Notes: generated from the sequence alone by a model not told the origin. DNA of 64,000 nucleotides from Candidatus Krumholzibacteriia bacterium (GCA_963770685.1 CAVYQN010000007.1:12170-76169); one strand, 5' to 3'; positions 9,990-20,149 are shown, counted from the first letter of the stretch. A program made the numbers and translations.

Positions 9990-11357
9990 CTACTCGAGGG
10001 CGGCGAAAAGGTCGAAGGCTTCGGCGTCGGTCACGCGCGCCTTCGCGAAGCTCCCCGCGGCGGCCGGCCTTCCGGAGAGGTAGGTTAATCCGTCTATCTC
10101 CGGGGCCTGGCCGTAAAACCTCCCCGTCCCCCACACGCCGTCCGAAGGCTCATCGCCTTCGGGCAATCCGCCTTCGACCAGGACCGTGATCGTCTCTCCG
10201 ATCCTCGCCTGCATCTTCTCCTGCGATATCTCCATCTGAAGATCGGCTATTTCGCCCACGCGGGCCCGGACCGTCGAAGGATCGACGCGGCCTCTGAGTT
10301 TCGCCGCGGCGGTCCCTTTCTCGGCCGACCACGCGAAGACGCCGAGATGATCGAACCGCTGTTCCGCTATGAAGTCGAGCAGTTCGGCGAACTCGTCATC
10401 GGTCTCCCCGGGGAATCCCGCCATGACGGTCGTCCTCAGGACCAGGCCGTGGTTGCCGGACCGCAGATCCGCCAGGATCCGCGAGAGATCCTCCTTGCGG
10501 TACCGCCGTCCCATCCGCTCCAGTATCCTGTCGCTCGCGTGCTGAACGGGAAGATCCAGGTAGGGAATGATCTTTCCTCCGTCGATCAGTTTCAGCATGC
10601 GCGGCGGATCGATGTGCGCGGGATGAAGGTACATCAACCTGATCCATTCGATCCCGTTTATCGAGCCGAGATCGCCGAGCATCCCGTAAAGGTCCCCGTC
10701 CTTCCCGGCATCGCTCCCCCAGGCGCCGGTATCCTGGGCAATCACGATGATCTCCCTCACTCCCTCCCCGGCGAGCATCTCCGCCTCGGACAATATCCCG
10801 TCGCGGGCCCTGCTGGACAAAGCGCCCCGTATCGCGGGTATCAGGCAGTAACTGCATCGATTGGAGCAACCCTCGGCTATCTTAAGGTAGGCCGTATGCC
10901 CGGGAGTGAACAATATTCTCCCATGCCTGCCGCTTTCCTCCGGCCCCGGGCATGGCGCCGGAGGCCGCGCGGACGTGAAAAGCCCGTCCGCCCGGAGCGC
11001 CAGCGACTCCATCTCCGGCACCGCGAGAAAGAGATCGACCTCCGGAAAAAGCGGTTCGAGTTTCTTCCCCTCCCTTGAAACCAGGCAGCCGAGCACCGCC
11101 AGTTTCTGCCACGGCCTTCTTGCCGAGGCGACCCGGAGTATCTCATCCACCGATTCCTCGACGGCGCTGGATATGAACGCGCATGTAGTGATCACCAGAA
11201 GCGCCGCCTGTTCGGGCGATTCGGCCCGGCTCCATCCGCGTTTCTCCAGACTGTAAGCGGTTTTTTCCGCATCGACGAGATTTTTGGGGCATCCGAGATT
11301 GAAGAAGAAATAGGTGCGGGAGGGTTCGGGGCGGTCAGCTTCCTTCATATTCCTCAC
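9990..11357 (-). CDS. rimO: Ribosomal protein S12 methylthiotransferase RimO (radical SAM, MiaB family)
   Basis: Intact 455-aa ORF with FFFNLGCPKNLVDAE, a radical SAM CSNRCSYC cluster motif and a C-terminal TRAM-like end (APEIDGLTYL). Confidence 0.85.
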   Translation of the reverse strand: MRNMKEADRPEPSRTYFFFNLGCPKNLVDAEKTAYSLEKRGWSRAESPEQAALLVITTCAFISSAVEESVDEILRVASARRPWQKLAVLGCLVSREGKKLEPLFPEVDLFLAVPEMESLALRADGLFTSARPPAPCPGPEESGRHGRILFTPGHTAYLKIAEGCSNRCSYCLIPAIRGALSSRARDGILSEAEMLAGEGVREIIVIAQDTGAWGSDAGKDGDLYGMLGDLGSINGIEWIRLMYLHPAHIDPPRMLKLIDGGKIIPYLDLPVQHASDRILERMGRRYRKEDLSRILADLRSGNHGLVLRTTVMAGFPGETDDEFAELLDFIAEQRFDHLGVFAWSAEKGTAAAKLRGRVDPSTVRARVGEIADLQMEISQEKMQARIGETITVLVEGGLPEGDEPSDGVWGTGRFYGQAPEIDGLTYLSGRPAAAGSFAKARVTDAEAFDLFAALE

Positions 11358-13482
11358 GCCTCACGAGGACTTCCCTCGCCTTGCTGCCTTCGAAAGGGCC
11401 GACGACCCCGGCGTGTTCGAGCATGTCGATCAGCCGGGCGGCCCTGGCATATCCGACCTTGAGCCTTCTCTGGATGAGGGAGATCGAGCCCTGCTGGTGC
11501 ATGATGACCAGCTGCCTCGCCTGTTCGAAGAGATCGTCGTCGATGTCGGCGTTGTCGTCGGCATCCTGCGAAACGTTCCCGCCGAGATCCATGTCGACGC
11601 TTTTGCCCTGGAAGCTCCTCCAGTAATCCGCGACATTCTCCGCTTCCCTCTCCGAGATATAGGCGCCCTGGATCCTGACGGGCGACGGGAGGTTCTTCGG
11701 CAGATAGAGCATGTCGCCGTTTCCGAGAAGCGCCTCGGCGCCGTTGACGTCCAGGATCGTGCGCGAGTCCGTCTTCGAAGTGACCTGGAACGCTATCCTG
11801 CACGGGAAATTCGCCTTGATCAGCCCGGTGATAACGTCGACGGAAGGCCTTTGCGTGGCGAAAACCAGATGTATCCCGACCGCTCTCGCCATCTGCGCGA
11901 GGCGGGTTATCGGGGGATATATCTCGTTCCCCAGGGTGACCATTATATCGGCCAGCTCGTCGATGACGCAGACGTAATAAGGCAGGCATGGCGCCGTCTC
12001 GCCCGTCTCGCTGTTTATGAGCTTCTCCGTCCCGGCCTTTATGTTGTAGCTTTTTATGTTCTTGACGTTGAACTGTGCGAGGAGCTTGTACCGGCGGTCC
12101 ATCTCCATCGTCATCCAGTTGAGCACCTTCAGGGCCTGCCTCGCCTCCGTTATGACGGGATGGAGCAGGTGGGGGATATTATTGTACGTGATCAGTTCGA
12201 GCCGTTTGGGATCTATGAGTATGAAACGGCACGTCGCCGGAGTGTGGTTGAAAAGCAGCGAGCATATGATGGAATTGATGCAGACGCTCTTGCCGCTTCC
12301 CGTCGCGCCGGCGATCAAAAGGTGCGGCATCTCCGCGATGTCCACGAATACCGGCTCTCCGGTCACGCTCTTGCCGAGGCTCACCGTCAGGCCCGGCCCG
12401 GCCTGAGGGAAATGTTCCATCATCTCCTTGAGCACGACCAGTTTCGGTTCCGGGTTGGGGACCTCGATCCCGATCGCCCCTTTTCCCGGGATCGGAGCCT
12501 GTATCCTCAGCGCCCTCGCGGCGAGGGCCAGCGAGATGTCGTCGGACCTGTTCGCTATCTGGCTGACCTTAACCCCCGGCGCGGGAACGAATTCGAACGT
12601 CGTCACCACGGGGCCGGGCAGGACCTTCTGCACCTTCCCCTTCAGCCCGTAATCCTCCAGTTTGCTTTCGATGACCTGCGACCGCGTTATCAGCTCCTCC
12701 TTGCTGAAGGATATGGCGGACGCGTCATAGTCGTCGAGGAGCGAAAGGTCGGGCAGGGGCGCGTTATCCGCCGGGGTCGTTGTCGCTCCGGCCGGTTTCG
12801 GCTGCCGCGGCGCCGTCCGCGGCCTCGGGCTGGGTATGTTTATCTGCGGCTCGCGGATGTCGATCTGCCTCGGTTCATCCTGCGGCATCGGCTCCTCGAT
12901 CGCCTCGGCATCCTCCACGACGCCCTTCGCCGCGACGGCGGCGCGTTTCTTCCGCCTGCCCTTTTCGGGGCTTCGCCGTAAAAAGGCGGGCCAGCTCATC
13001 CCGGCCATCGCCGTCGAAAGGTTCCTCACCGACCCGAAGAAGATCAACGTCATCGTGACGACGAGGGACGCGATGATTATTATCACCGAGCCGACCCTTC
13101 CGGCAAGCAGCTCCAGAAACTCCATCGTCCTGACCCCGAGCCATCCGCCGGCCTCTTCCGACCAGGTGGCCGAGAAGACGGCGGCGAATATCCATGAAAG
13201 GATCCCCAGGCAGACGAGCCTCCTCACGTCGTTCTTGAACCTCAGGCCGGTGATGGAAACCCATCCCCAGTAGAGTAGAAGGGCGGGGAAGATCCACGAT
13301 ATCGCCGGGCCGGCGGAACCCCTGACGATCCCGGCGAGCATGGCGCCGGCCGGCCCGCACATGTTCTGCGCGCTCATGAATTCGCCCCAGTCCCTCGGGT
13401 CCCAGGAATAAAGGGCGACTATCGTGAACAGCGCGGCCGCGACTAGAAACAGCCCGAACGCCGTTTTTCTCCTGCCCGCCAT
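11335..13482 (-). CDS. ftsK: DNA translocase FtsK/SpoIIIE
   Basis: Intact 715-aa ORF. It has an N-terminal TM region, a Pro/Ala-rich linker, a motor domain (PVVTTFEFVPAPGVKVSQI, Walker A LIAGATGSGKSV, YYVCVIDELADIM) and a gamma winged-helix end (SISLIQRRLKVGYARAARLIDMLE). Confidence 0.93.
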   Translation of the reverse strand: MAGRRKTAFGLFLVAAALFTIVALYSWDPRDWGEFMSAQNMCGPAGAMLAGIVRGSAGPAISWIFPALLLYWGWVSITGLRFKNDVRRLVCLGILSWIFAAVFSATWSEEAGGWLGVRTMEFLELLAGRVGSVIIIIASLVVTMTLIFFGSVRNLSTAMAGMSWPAFLRRSPEKGRRKKRAAVAAKGVVEDAEAIEEPMPQDEPRQIDIREPQINIPSPRPRTAPRQPKPAGATTTPADNAPLPDLSLLDDYDASAISFSKEELITRSQVIESKLEDYGLKGKVQKVLPGPVVTTFEFVPAPGVKVSQIANRSDDISLALAARALRIQAPIPGKGAIGIEVPNPEPKLVVLKEMMEHFPQAGPGLTVSLGKSVTGEPVFVDIAEMPHLLIAGATGSGKSVCINSIICSLLFNHTPATCRFILIDPKRLELITYNNIPHLLHPVITEARQALKVLNWMTMEMDRRYKLLAQFNVKNIKSYNIKAGTEKLINSETGETAPCLPYYVCVIDELADIMVTLGNEIYPPITRLAQMARAVGIHLVFATQRPSVDVITGLIKANFPCRIAFQVTSKTDSRTILDVNGAEALLGNGDMLYLPKNLPSPVRIQGAYISEREAENVADYWRSFQGKSVDMDLGGNVSQDADDNADIDDDLFEQARQLVIMHQQGSISLIQRRLKVGYARAARLIDMLEHAGVVGPFEGSKAREVLVRREEYEGS

Positions 13483-13560
13483 GATTCTCTTTTCGTTTCA
13501 CGGCCGGCATGTCGATCCGGCCGTCATATCGGAGGCGCCGCCTTCAGCGGCAGGGGGCGG

Positions 13561-14637
13561 TCATTCGCCGCCCCTTCTCCTTCTATCAATGATTTCCTTC
13601 AAGGTAAAGCAGTTTTTCCTGACGTCCCCCTTGAGAATCCACGACACCACCGCCGCGCCCGCGGCCCCTGCGTCGAATATCTCCCCGATGGTGTCGATCC
13701 CGATACCGCCGATGGCGACCACCGGGAGCGCCGACACCGCGCAGGCCCGCTCGAGGAATCGAAGGCCGACCGTTTCGACGTCCTCCTTGGTCCCGGTGTC
13801 GTAGACTGCGCCGACGCCGATATAGTCCAGCGAGTCGAGAGGCGCTTTCGAAAATTCCTCCATCGTGGAGACGGAAAGGCCGAGGATCCTGCCGGGGCCG
13901 AGTATCTCCCTCGCGGCCAGCGGATCGGCGTCGGCAAAACCGACATGAGCGCCGTCCGCCCCGGTCTCTACGGCCAGTTCGGGATCGTCGTTGACGACGA
14001 GCGGCACGCCTGCGGCACCGCACACGCGAAGCGCCGCGAGTATGTCGGATCTCATCTCTTCCCTGCCGAGCCCCTTCGCCCTGTACTGGATCATATCGAC
14101 GCCCCCCGCGACGAGCGAGGCGGCCGTCGGTCCGGATTCCCCGGGGCCGGTGTATTTTCTGTCGATGAAAGCGTAAAGAAACGGGGGTGCGGGCATTTTC
14201 CCGCGGATCACGGCCTCTCCGGCGAAATATTTCTCGGCTGAGTAAAGCCTGAAGCGGAGCTTCTTGAAACGGGCCGCGGCGGCGGGATCCAGGAGCTTCC
14301 CGAATTCCTCGAGCACCCTGAGCGATTCCTCGGCCCTCAGGAAGTTCGCCCTCCTGACGGAGTCGAGGGAGTCCCTGCGGCTTTCAGAACCGGTTGACAA
14401 CGCCGCGCCGACGTCGCCTTCGCTGTCCCTGAACCGCCCCGGGCGCGATAACAGGCTTTCGACCGTTCTTCTGACGGAATGCCTTATATCCTTGATTTCG
14501 CGAAAGAGCGGATCGTCTTCAAGCGAGAACCTGGCAATTTCCTCGATAACCCTCAGGCCCTCGGCGCACCGGTTGGCATTCGCGTCGATGATCCTGAAGA
14601 TGACAAGAGAACTTTTCCCGTCCGGACCTTCCATCAT
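13561..14637 (-). CDS. thiE: Thiamine-phosphate synthase ThiE with an N-terminal ThiD2-like domain
   Basis: ORF 13561..14928. The likely start is ATG ATG at 14637/14634, preceded by GGGGAGG. The N-domain reads FRIIDANANRCAEGLRVIEEIARFSLED. The ThiE TIM barrel shows YAFIDRKY, MIQYRAKG, DGAHVGFAD, DYIGVGAVYDTGTKED and VVAIGGIG. The first 97 codons of the tracked ORF are Arg-rich and overlap comB, so I excluded them. Confidence 0.85.
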   Translation of the reverse strand: MMEGPDGKSSLVIFRIIDANANRCAEGLRVIEEIARFSLEDDPLFREIKDIRHSVRRTVESLLSRPGRFRDSEGDVGAALSTGSESRRDSLDSVRRANFLRAEESLRVLEEFGKLLDPAAAARFKKLRFRLYSAEKYFAGEAVIRGKMPAPPFLYAFIDRKYTGPGESGPTAASLVAGGVDMIQYRAKGLGREEMRSDILAALRVCGAAGVPLVVNDDPELAVETGADGAHVGFADADPLAAREILGPGRILGLSVSTMEEFSKAPLDSLDYIGVGAVYDTGTKEDVETVGLRFLERACAVSALPVVAIGGIGIDTIGEIFDAGAAGAAVVSWILKGDVRKNCFTLKEIIDRRRRGGE

Positions 14638-14686
14638 CCTCCCCGATCCTGGATCGAAACGGAACCTTCCCGGGACCGCCGGAAGA

Positions 14687-15400
14687 TCAGCGCGATATCC
14701 TGCCGTCCCTGACCTCGGGAACGATCGCCGACACGTCGATATTCGAACAATAGTCCAGATCCGATCCGTACCCCGCGGCGAGCAATTGGCGCCCGCGTTC
14801 GCATTCCTCGAGGAAATCCCTGATCCTGCCGTCGAAACCGCGCGCAAGTCGCAGCGCGAGCATTGTCGCGTCCCCCTGGCCGTCCGGCACATCCTTCGAT
14901 ATGACCCTCCCGGCCAGCATCCCCGCACAAAGCAGGTCCTCCGCCGCGAGCCTGCCGGAGTTCCCCGAGCAAACGACGGCTATCTCCTTTTCGCCGCTCA
15001 ACGCTCCGCAGACGGCGGACAGGTTGTTGAACGAACAGACCAGCAGGCGCCTCGCTTTGGAAGAAGCGACTATCGCCCTTGTCCCGTTGGAGGTCGTCAT
15101 GATTATCGTCTTGCCTTCCACCCTCTCGCGCGAGAATTCCGACGGCGAGTTGAAAAGGTCGAATCCCTCGACCGGCTGCCCCTTCCATTCGCCCGCGAGA
15201 AGCTTCGTTTTCCTTTCCGCCGGCCTCACCAGCCTCGACGCCGTTTCGATATCCTCCACCGGTATTATGCTGCCTGCCCCGTTTTCGATCCCGGCCACGA
15301 TCGTGGACGTAGCCCGCAGCACATCGATCACAACGGCCGCCGCCCCCTGGAGAAGGTCCTTGTCCGCCATCTCCCAAACCGGATATACTCTTACCGCCAT
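14687..15400 (-). CDS. comB: 2-phosphosulfolactate phosphatase (ComB family)
   Basis: ORF 14687..15484, with the likely start at M29 (15400). Conserved stretches include VVIDVLRATSTIV, IIMTTSNGTRAI and VVCSGNSGRLAAEDLLCAGML. Confidence 0.75.
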   Translation of the reverse strand: MAVRVYPVWEMADKDLLQGAAAVVIDVLRATSTIVAGIENGAGSIIPVEDIETASRLVRPAERKTKLLAGEWKGQPVEGFDLFNSPSEFSRERVEGKTIIMTTSNGTRAIVASSKARRLLVCSFNNLSAVCGALSGEKEIAVVCSGNSGRLAAEDLLCAGMLAGRVISKDVPDGQGDATMLALRLARGFDGRIRDFLEECERGRQLLAAGYGSDLDYCSNIDVSAIVPEVRDGRISR

Positions 15401-15425
15401 ATCCTTCCTTTCAGAAACTTCCCAC

Positions 15426-16766
15426 TCACTGCTGTATGCGGTCGATAAAGGAAGTGTCGAAATCGCCCCTGATGAAGGAGGCATTTCTCAGTATCCACAA
15501 ATGGAACGGAATCGTCGTCGGTATCCCCTCTATGACGCACTCCTCCAGCGAACGAATCATTCTTCTTCGCGCCTCTTCCCTGTCCTCACCCCATGTTATC
15601 ACCTTCGCGAGAAGCGAATCGTAATACGGCGGCACCGTGTAACCGTCGTAAAGATGCGAATCGACGCGGACGCCCGGCCCGCCCGGGGGATGATAGAATG
15701 TGATGGTCCCCGGGGTCGGCTTGAAATTCCTGTCCGGGTCCTCGGCGTTGATCCTGCATTCGATCGCATGCCCCCTCGGCGAGAACACGACGTCGAGTAG
15801 AGGGCTCACCCCTGTGGACGCGAGCCTGATCTGTTCCTTTATGAGATCGAAGCCCGTCACCATTTCGGTCACGGGATGTTCAACCTGCACCCTGGTGTTC
15901 ATCTCGAGGAAATATATCTCCTCCTCCGGTGTGACCAGGAACTCCATGGTCCCGAGCGATCCGTACCTGATATGCCGCGCCCCGGCAAGCGCGTACTCGA
16001 ATATCCTTTCCCTGGTCGCGGCGGAGATCCCGGGGGAGGGCGATTCCTCCAGGAGTTTCTGGTGCCGCCTCTGCATGCTGCATTCGCGCTCGCCGAAATG
16101 AACGACCTTGCCATTCCCGTCGCCGAACATCTGCACCTCGATATGGCGCGGATTTTTCAGGAATTTCTCTATGTACAGCCCGCCGTCGCCGAAGGCCGTC
16201 TGGGCCTCCCTGCCGGCGGCGAAAAAGAGCTCCTTCAACTCGTCGCCGTTCCTTATGATCCTGATGCCCCTGCCGCCACCTCCCGCGACGGCCTTTATCA
16301 TTATCGGATACCCCGTCTCTTCGGCGAGCTTCAAGGCGCTTTCCTCGTTCTCGACTACTCCGTCGCTTCCCGGGACGACGGGCAATCCGGCCTCGGACAT
16401 CAGTTTGCGCGCGACCGCCTTGTCCCCCATCTTCTGCATGATATCCGGAGCCGGCCCTATCCAGCCGATATTGCACGACATGCAGACCTCGGCAAAATGA
16501 GGGTTCTCCGACAGGAACCCGTACGCAGGATGGATGGCGTCGGCGCCGGTTATCTCGGCCGCCGATATTATCCGGGGAATGTTGAGATAGCTGTCGGACG
16601 GCTGTGAGCCGCCGATGCAGACGTCCTCGTCGGCCAGTTTCACGTGCAGCGAGTCCGCGTCCGCCTCGGAATGCACCGCCACGGCTCTTATGTCCAGCTC
16701 GCGGCAGGCGCGGATGATCCTCAAGGCGATCTCGCCCCTTGACGCGATGAGTATCTTTTTATACAT
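15426..16766 (-). CDS. accC: Acetyl-CoA carboxylase, biotin carboxylase subunit
   Basis: Intact 446-aa ORF with MYKKILIASRGEIALRIIRACRELDI, an ATP-grasp (GYPIMIKAVAGGGGRGIRI) and EMNTRVQVEHPVTE. Confidence 0.95.
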   Translation of the reverse strand: MYKKILIASRGEIALRIIRACRELDIRAVAVHSEADADSLHVKLADEDVCIGGSQPSDSYLNIPRIISAAEITGADAIHPAYGFLSENPHFAEVCMSCNIGWIGPAPDIMQKMGDKAVARKLMSEAGLPVVPGSDGVVENEESALKLAEETGYPIMIKAVAGGGGRGIRIIRNGDELKELFFAAGREAQTAFGDGGLYIEKFLKNPRHIEVQMFGDGNGKVVHFGERECSMQRRHQKLLEESPSPGISAATRERIFEYALAGARHIRYGSLGTMEFLVTPEEEIYFLEMNTRVQVEHPVTEMVTGFDLIKEQIRLASTGVSPLLDVVFSPRGHAIECRINAEDPDRNFKPTPGTITFYHPPGGPGVRVDSHLYDGYTVPPYYDSLLAKVITWGEDREEARRRMIRSLEECVIEGIPTTIPFHLWILRNASFIRGDFDTSFIDRIQQ

Positions 16767-16775
16767 CAGGCTCTT

Positions 16776-17912
16776 CTAGAATTCACCACCAGTTCCACGG
16801 CTGGTTTCAGCACTTTCAAAGGTATCCCAGGTCTTGTCGCTGCTGGCTTGAATACCTTTCAGACGCAGGCTGAACTCATGAGGATTGGAACTGTTTTTCA
16901 GGGCTTCTTCCATGCTGATCTTGCCCTCGGCAAGCAGTTTCATCAGCGACTGGTCGAAACTCTGCATCCCATGGGTCGACACTCCCTCCCTGATCGCCTG
17001 CTGAATGAGAGGCGCCTTTTCAGGGTCAATAATATACTCCCTTATCGCTGAAGTTACAACCATTACTTCAACGGCCGGGGCGCGGCCTTTCCCCTCCTTG
17101 AGGGGGATGAGGCGCTGCGCAACGACAGCCTGGAGCGTCGAAGCCAGGAGATACCTGATCTCCTGATGCTGGTGGGGGGGGAAGAACGATATCACGCGGT
17201 TGATCGTCTGCATCGCGTCGATCGTGTGCAGCGTGGAAAAGACGAGGTGGCCCGTGTCGGCCGCCATCAGGGCTATCTCCATGGTCAGCGCGTCGCGTAT
17301 CTCGCCTACGAGTATCACGTCAGGATCCTGTCGCAGGATGTGCCTGAGGGCTTCATGGAAGGATGAAGTATCGGTGCCTATCTCCCTCTGGTTGACGATG
17401 CTCTTGATGTCGTGATGCAGGAACTCGATCGGGTCTTCCACGGTTATTATGTTCTTGTTCGCCGTTTCGTTTATTTCCCTGACCATCGCGGCGAGTGTCG
17501 TGGATTTGCCGCTGCCGACCGTTCCGGTGACGAAGATTAGCCCCCTCTGTTTCATGGACAGCTTCTTCAGGGTCTCCGGAAGGGACAGCTCGTCGAGGCT
17601 CTTTATCTCCACCGGGACGTGCCGGAACACCATCGCGATCGAACCGCGCTGAACGTAAAAGTTCGCCCTGAAACGCGCGAGCCCGGCGACACCGAAAGCG
17701 AAATCGACCTCCCTGGTCTTCCTGAAATTTTCCTTCTGGGACGGCGTCAATATCTGGTCGGCGATATCCTCCATATCCTTGGGGCCGGGCCTGTCGAAAT
17801 CAAGATGCACGAGCCTTCCGTCCACCCTTACCACCGGAGGCAGGCCGGCCTTCAGGTGCAAGTCCGAACCGCCCTTCGTTATCATCGATTCCAGAACGGC
17901 TTTGATATTCAT
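16776..17912 (-). CDS. pilT: PilT-family type IV pilus retraction ATPase homologue
   Basis: ORF 16776..17918, with ATG at 17912 after AAGAAGGG. It has Walker A GTVGSGKSTT, Walker B DPDVILVGEIRD and GHLVFSTLHT. The stop lies only 9 nt before the accC start. Confidence 0.85.
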   Translation of the reverse strand: MNIKAVLESMITKGGSDLHLKAGLPPVVRVDGRLVHLDFDRPGPKDMEDIADQILTPSQKENFRKTREVDFAFGVAGLARFRANFYVQRGSIAMVFRHVPVEIKSLDELSLPETLKKLSMKQRGLIFVTGTVGSGKSTTLAAMVREINETANKNIITVEDPIEFLHHDIKSIVNQREIGTDTSSFHEALRHILRQDPDVILVGEIRDALTMEIALMAADTGHLVFSTLHTIDAMQTINRVISFFPPHQHQEIRYLLASTLQAVVAQRLIPLKEGKGRAPAVEVMVVTSAIREYIIDPEKAPLIQQAIREGVSTHGMQSFDQSLMKLLAEGKISMEEALKNSSNPHEFSLRLKGIQASSDKTWDTFESAETSRGTGGEF

Positions 17913-18053
17913 TTGCAATGCCCTTCTTTTGCAGTTAACGCTCGCGGCTCGTTTTCACCCGCTGGCCGAGTTTGTTAACCTCTCTGTTTAGTTAAAGTTA
18001 CGCGCGTACTGGTATTGCTTGTCAAACTGTGCCGTGGATATGGGGAGCAATTA

Positions 18054-18587
18054 TCAGGCCGATTCGATCAGAAAAAGGGGTTGCCCGAATTCCACGGGCT
18101 GGGAATCTTTCACGAGGACCTTGCGCACGATGCCGCTTGCTTCGGACTCTATCTCGTTCATCAGCTTCATCGCTTCGATCAAGCAGATCACCTGGCCGAT
18201 CTCTATCTGCTGACCGATCTTCACGTATGGTTCGGCCTCGGGGCCGGAGGCCTTGTAGAAGGTCCCGACCATCGGGGAAACGATCTCCATCAACTCGGCC
18301 TCGGGTTGATCCGCGGGAAGGTCGCCCGATTTCGCTTCGGGTTCGGGCGCCGGCTCGTCCTTTGCCCTTTCCATCGCCGCGGGCGCGGCTGTCTCCGCCG
18401 GACGTACCGCGGCGACGGCGGTCGAAGCCGTCTCCTTCTCCGAGGGCTCCGGGACGGCGGCGCCTTCGATCCCCGCCCCCCGCGACCGGGCGATACGTAT
18501 CGTGCTCCAGAAAGACCTGACCTCGATCTCGCTGAGATCCTCTCTCTTCAGCAGGGAGACAAGCTCCATTATTCTGTCGCGCAGCAT
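18054..18587 (-). CDS. accB: Acetyl-CoA carboxylase biotin carboxyl carrier protein
   Basis: Intact 177-aa ORF with a Pro/Ala/Glu linker and a biotinyl domain carrying the EAMKLMNEI motif. Confidence 0.92.
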   Translation of the reverse strand: MLRDRIMELVSLLKREDLSEIEVRSFWSTIRIARSRGAGIEGAAVPEPSEKETASTAVAAVRPAETAAPAAMERAKDEPAPEPEAKSGDLPADQPEAELMEIVSPMVGTFYKASGPEAEPYVKIGQQIEIGQVICLIEAMKLMNEIESEASGIVRKVLVKDSQPVEFGQPLFLIESA

Positions 18588-18589
18588 TC

Positions 18590-19147
18590 CTACACCCGTT
18601 CCATATATCGTCCGGTTCTCGTATCGACCTTGAGCTTGTCCCCCGTATTAATGAAGAGAGGGACCGTCACCACTACACCCGTTTCGAGCGTGGCGCTCTT
18701 GGAACCTCCCTGCGCGGTGTCCCCCCTGAACCCCGGCTCGGTCTCGGTTACGACGAGCTCGACAAAGGTGGGAAGCTCGACCGCGAGCGGGGTCGATCCG
18801 TCGAGAAGAACGGCAACCTCGGTGTTTTCCTTCATGTAGGGGATGATATCCTCGAGGAGTTTCTCCGGCAGCGGGATCTGCTCGTACGTCTCGACGTCCA
18901 TCATGTAATAAAGGTCGCCCGAGTTGTAAAGGTACTGATATTTGTGCCTCTCGACCCTTACCTCCTCTATCTTCTCGCCGGCTCGAAAGGTCCTGTCTAT
19001 GACAGAGCCCTCGGGTATCTTCTTCAACTTCGTCCTGACGAAGGCGCCACCCTTCCCCGGTTTGACGTGCTGAAATTCGGCGATCGAATAGAGCTGCCCG
19101 TCCATCCTCATTATCAATCCATTCCTGAAGCTGCTTGTGTCCGCCAA
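18590..19147 (-). CDS. efp: Elongation factor P
   Basis: Intact 185-aa ORF with [37 protein letters not shown] and [17 protein letters not shown]. It ends with TAG. Confidence 0.95.
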   Translation of the reverse strand: MADTSSFRNGLIMRMDGQLYSIAEFQHVKPGKGGAFVRTKLKKIPEGSVIDRTFRAGEKIEEVRVERHKYQYLYNSGDLYYMMDVETYEQIPLPEKLLEDIIPYMKENTEVAVLLDGSTPLAVELPTFVELVVTETEPGFRGDTAQGGSKSATLETGVVVTVPLFINTGDKLKVDTRTGRYMERV

Positions 19148-19171
19148 GTCGTTTCCTTTCGAATCCGGAAC

Positions 19172-20149
19172 CTATTTGCCCTTTTCGTTCCTGTCCTGCA
19201 TCTGCCTGAGCCATTGCTGAAAATGATTGATGCCTTCGGGCGATTCGGATCCTCCCGTATTCCGCCCGCCTTCCGTCGTATCCTCCGAAGGCTCCTTTAT
19301 ATCTGAGTCCCCGCCTTCCGTCTTTTCAGGCTCATCGGGCGCCCGATCCGGGGGGTGCGCGCCTTCGCTTTCCTCCGGCTCCGCCGCGTCTTCCTCGAGA
19401 CCGGGTTCCCGAACCGGTTCCCCGATCCCCCCATGGCCTGACGTATTTTCCGCCATGTCCCTGCTGACGTCATCCACCGATATCGTCAGGATCTCGTCGT
19501 TGAAAACCTCTTCGCGTTCCTTCTCGGCATCCCGCACCATCGACTCCAGCTTCTCGACCATCCTGGAGGCTTCGCTGTTGCCCGGCTCCGACGCGATGAT
19601 ATCCCTGTACATCTTCAGCGCCTTGTTGTAGTACCCCTGCGAAGCGTAGATCCCGGCGAGAGTCATTGTCGCAAGTTCACGCGAACTTTCCGCCTTCCTT
19701 ATGCTGCTTTCATCCTGGAGATCGATCTTCCTCGCCTGGAATTCGGCCTTCATCTCCTTGAGTATCCCGTTGACCTCATCGTTCGTCGGGTCGATGGCGA
19801 GGAATTTGCGGTATAGCGCGGCGGCTTCCTCCCGCCTGTTCTCGCCGAGAAGGATGTCTCCGAGGTTCTTCAGAGCGACCATGTTCTCGGGATCGAGCTC
19901 GAGTACCCTTCCGTACTCGGTTCTCGCGCGTTCGGTCGCTCCCTTGTCGTAGAAACATTTGCCGAGAATGACATGGGCGCTCGCATAGTCGGGGAACCTC
20001 TCCAGCCCTTCCTCGCACAATTCGATCGCCCTGTCTATCCGGCCGCTTTTCCTGTACGCGTCCGCAAGCGGCGCGAACAGCCTCGACCGGGGATTTTCCC
20101 CGTATTTCCTCTCGAGTTGACGTATATCCTCATCCAGGTTGCCTGTCAT
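19172..20149 (-). CDS. TPR-repeat protein with an acidic, low-complexity C-terminal tail
   Basis: Intact 325-aa ORF. TPR-like repeats are present (AYRKSGRIDRAIELCEEGLERFPDYASAHVILGKCFYDKG...), followed by a Glu/Asp/Pro-rich tail. Confidence 0.7.
   Translation of the reverse strand: MTGNLDEDIRQLERKYGENPRSRLFAPLADAYRKSGRIDRAIELCEEGLERFPDYASAHVILGKCFYDKGATERARTEYGRVLELDPENMVALKNLGDILLGENRREEAAALYRKFLAIDPTNDEVNGILKEMKAEFQARKIDLQDESSIRKAESSRELATMTLAGIYASQGYYNKALKMYRDIIASEPGNSEASRMVEKLESMVRDAEKEREEVFNDEILTISVDDVSRDMAENTSGHGGIGEPVREPGLEEDAAEPEESEGAHPPDRAPDEPEKTEGGDSDIKEPSEDTTEGGRNTGGSESPEGINHFQQWLRQMQDRNEKGK

Noticed and set aside
14638-14928. N-terminal 97 codons of tracked ORF 13561..14928, and similar upstream extensions of comB, hldA, dprA, DUF362, lpxL and ndk.
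   Set aside because: The extensions are Arg-rich and overlap the upstream gene. An internal ATG with an SD-like sequence gives the family-typical N-terminus.
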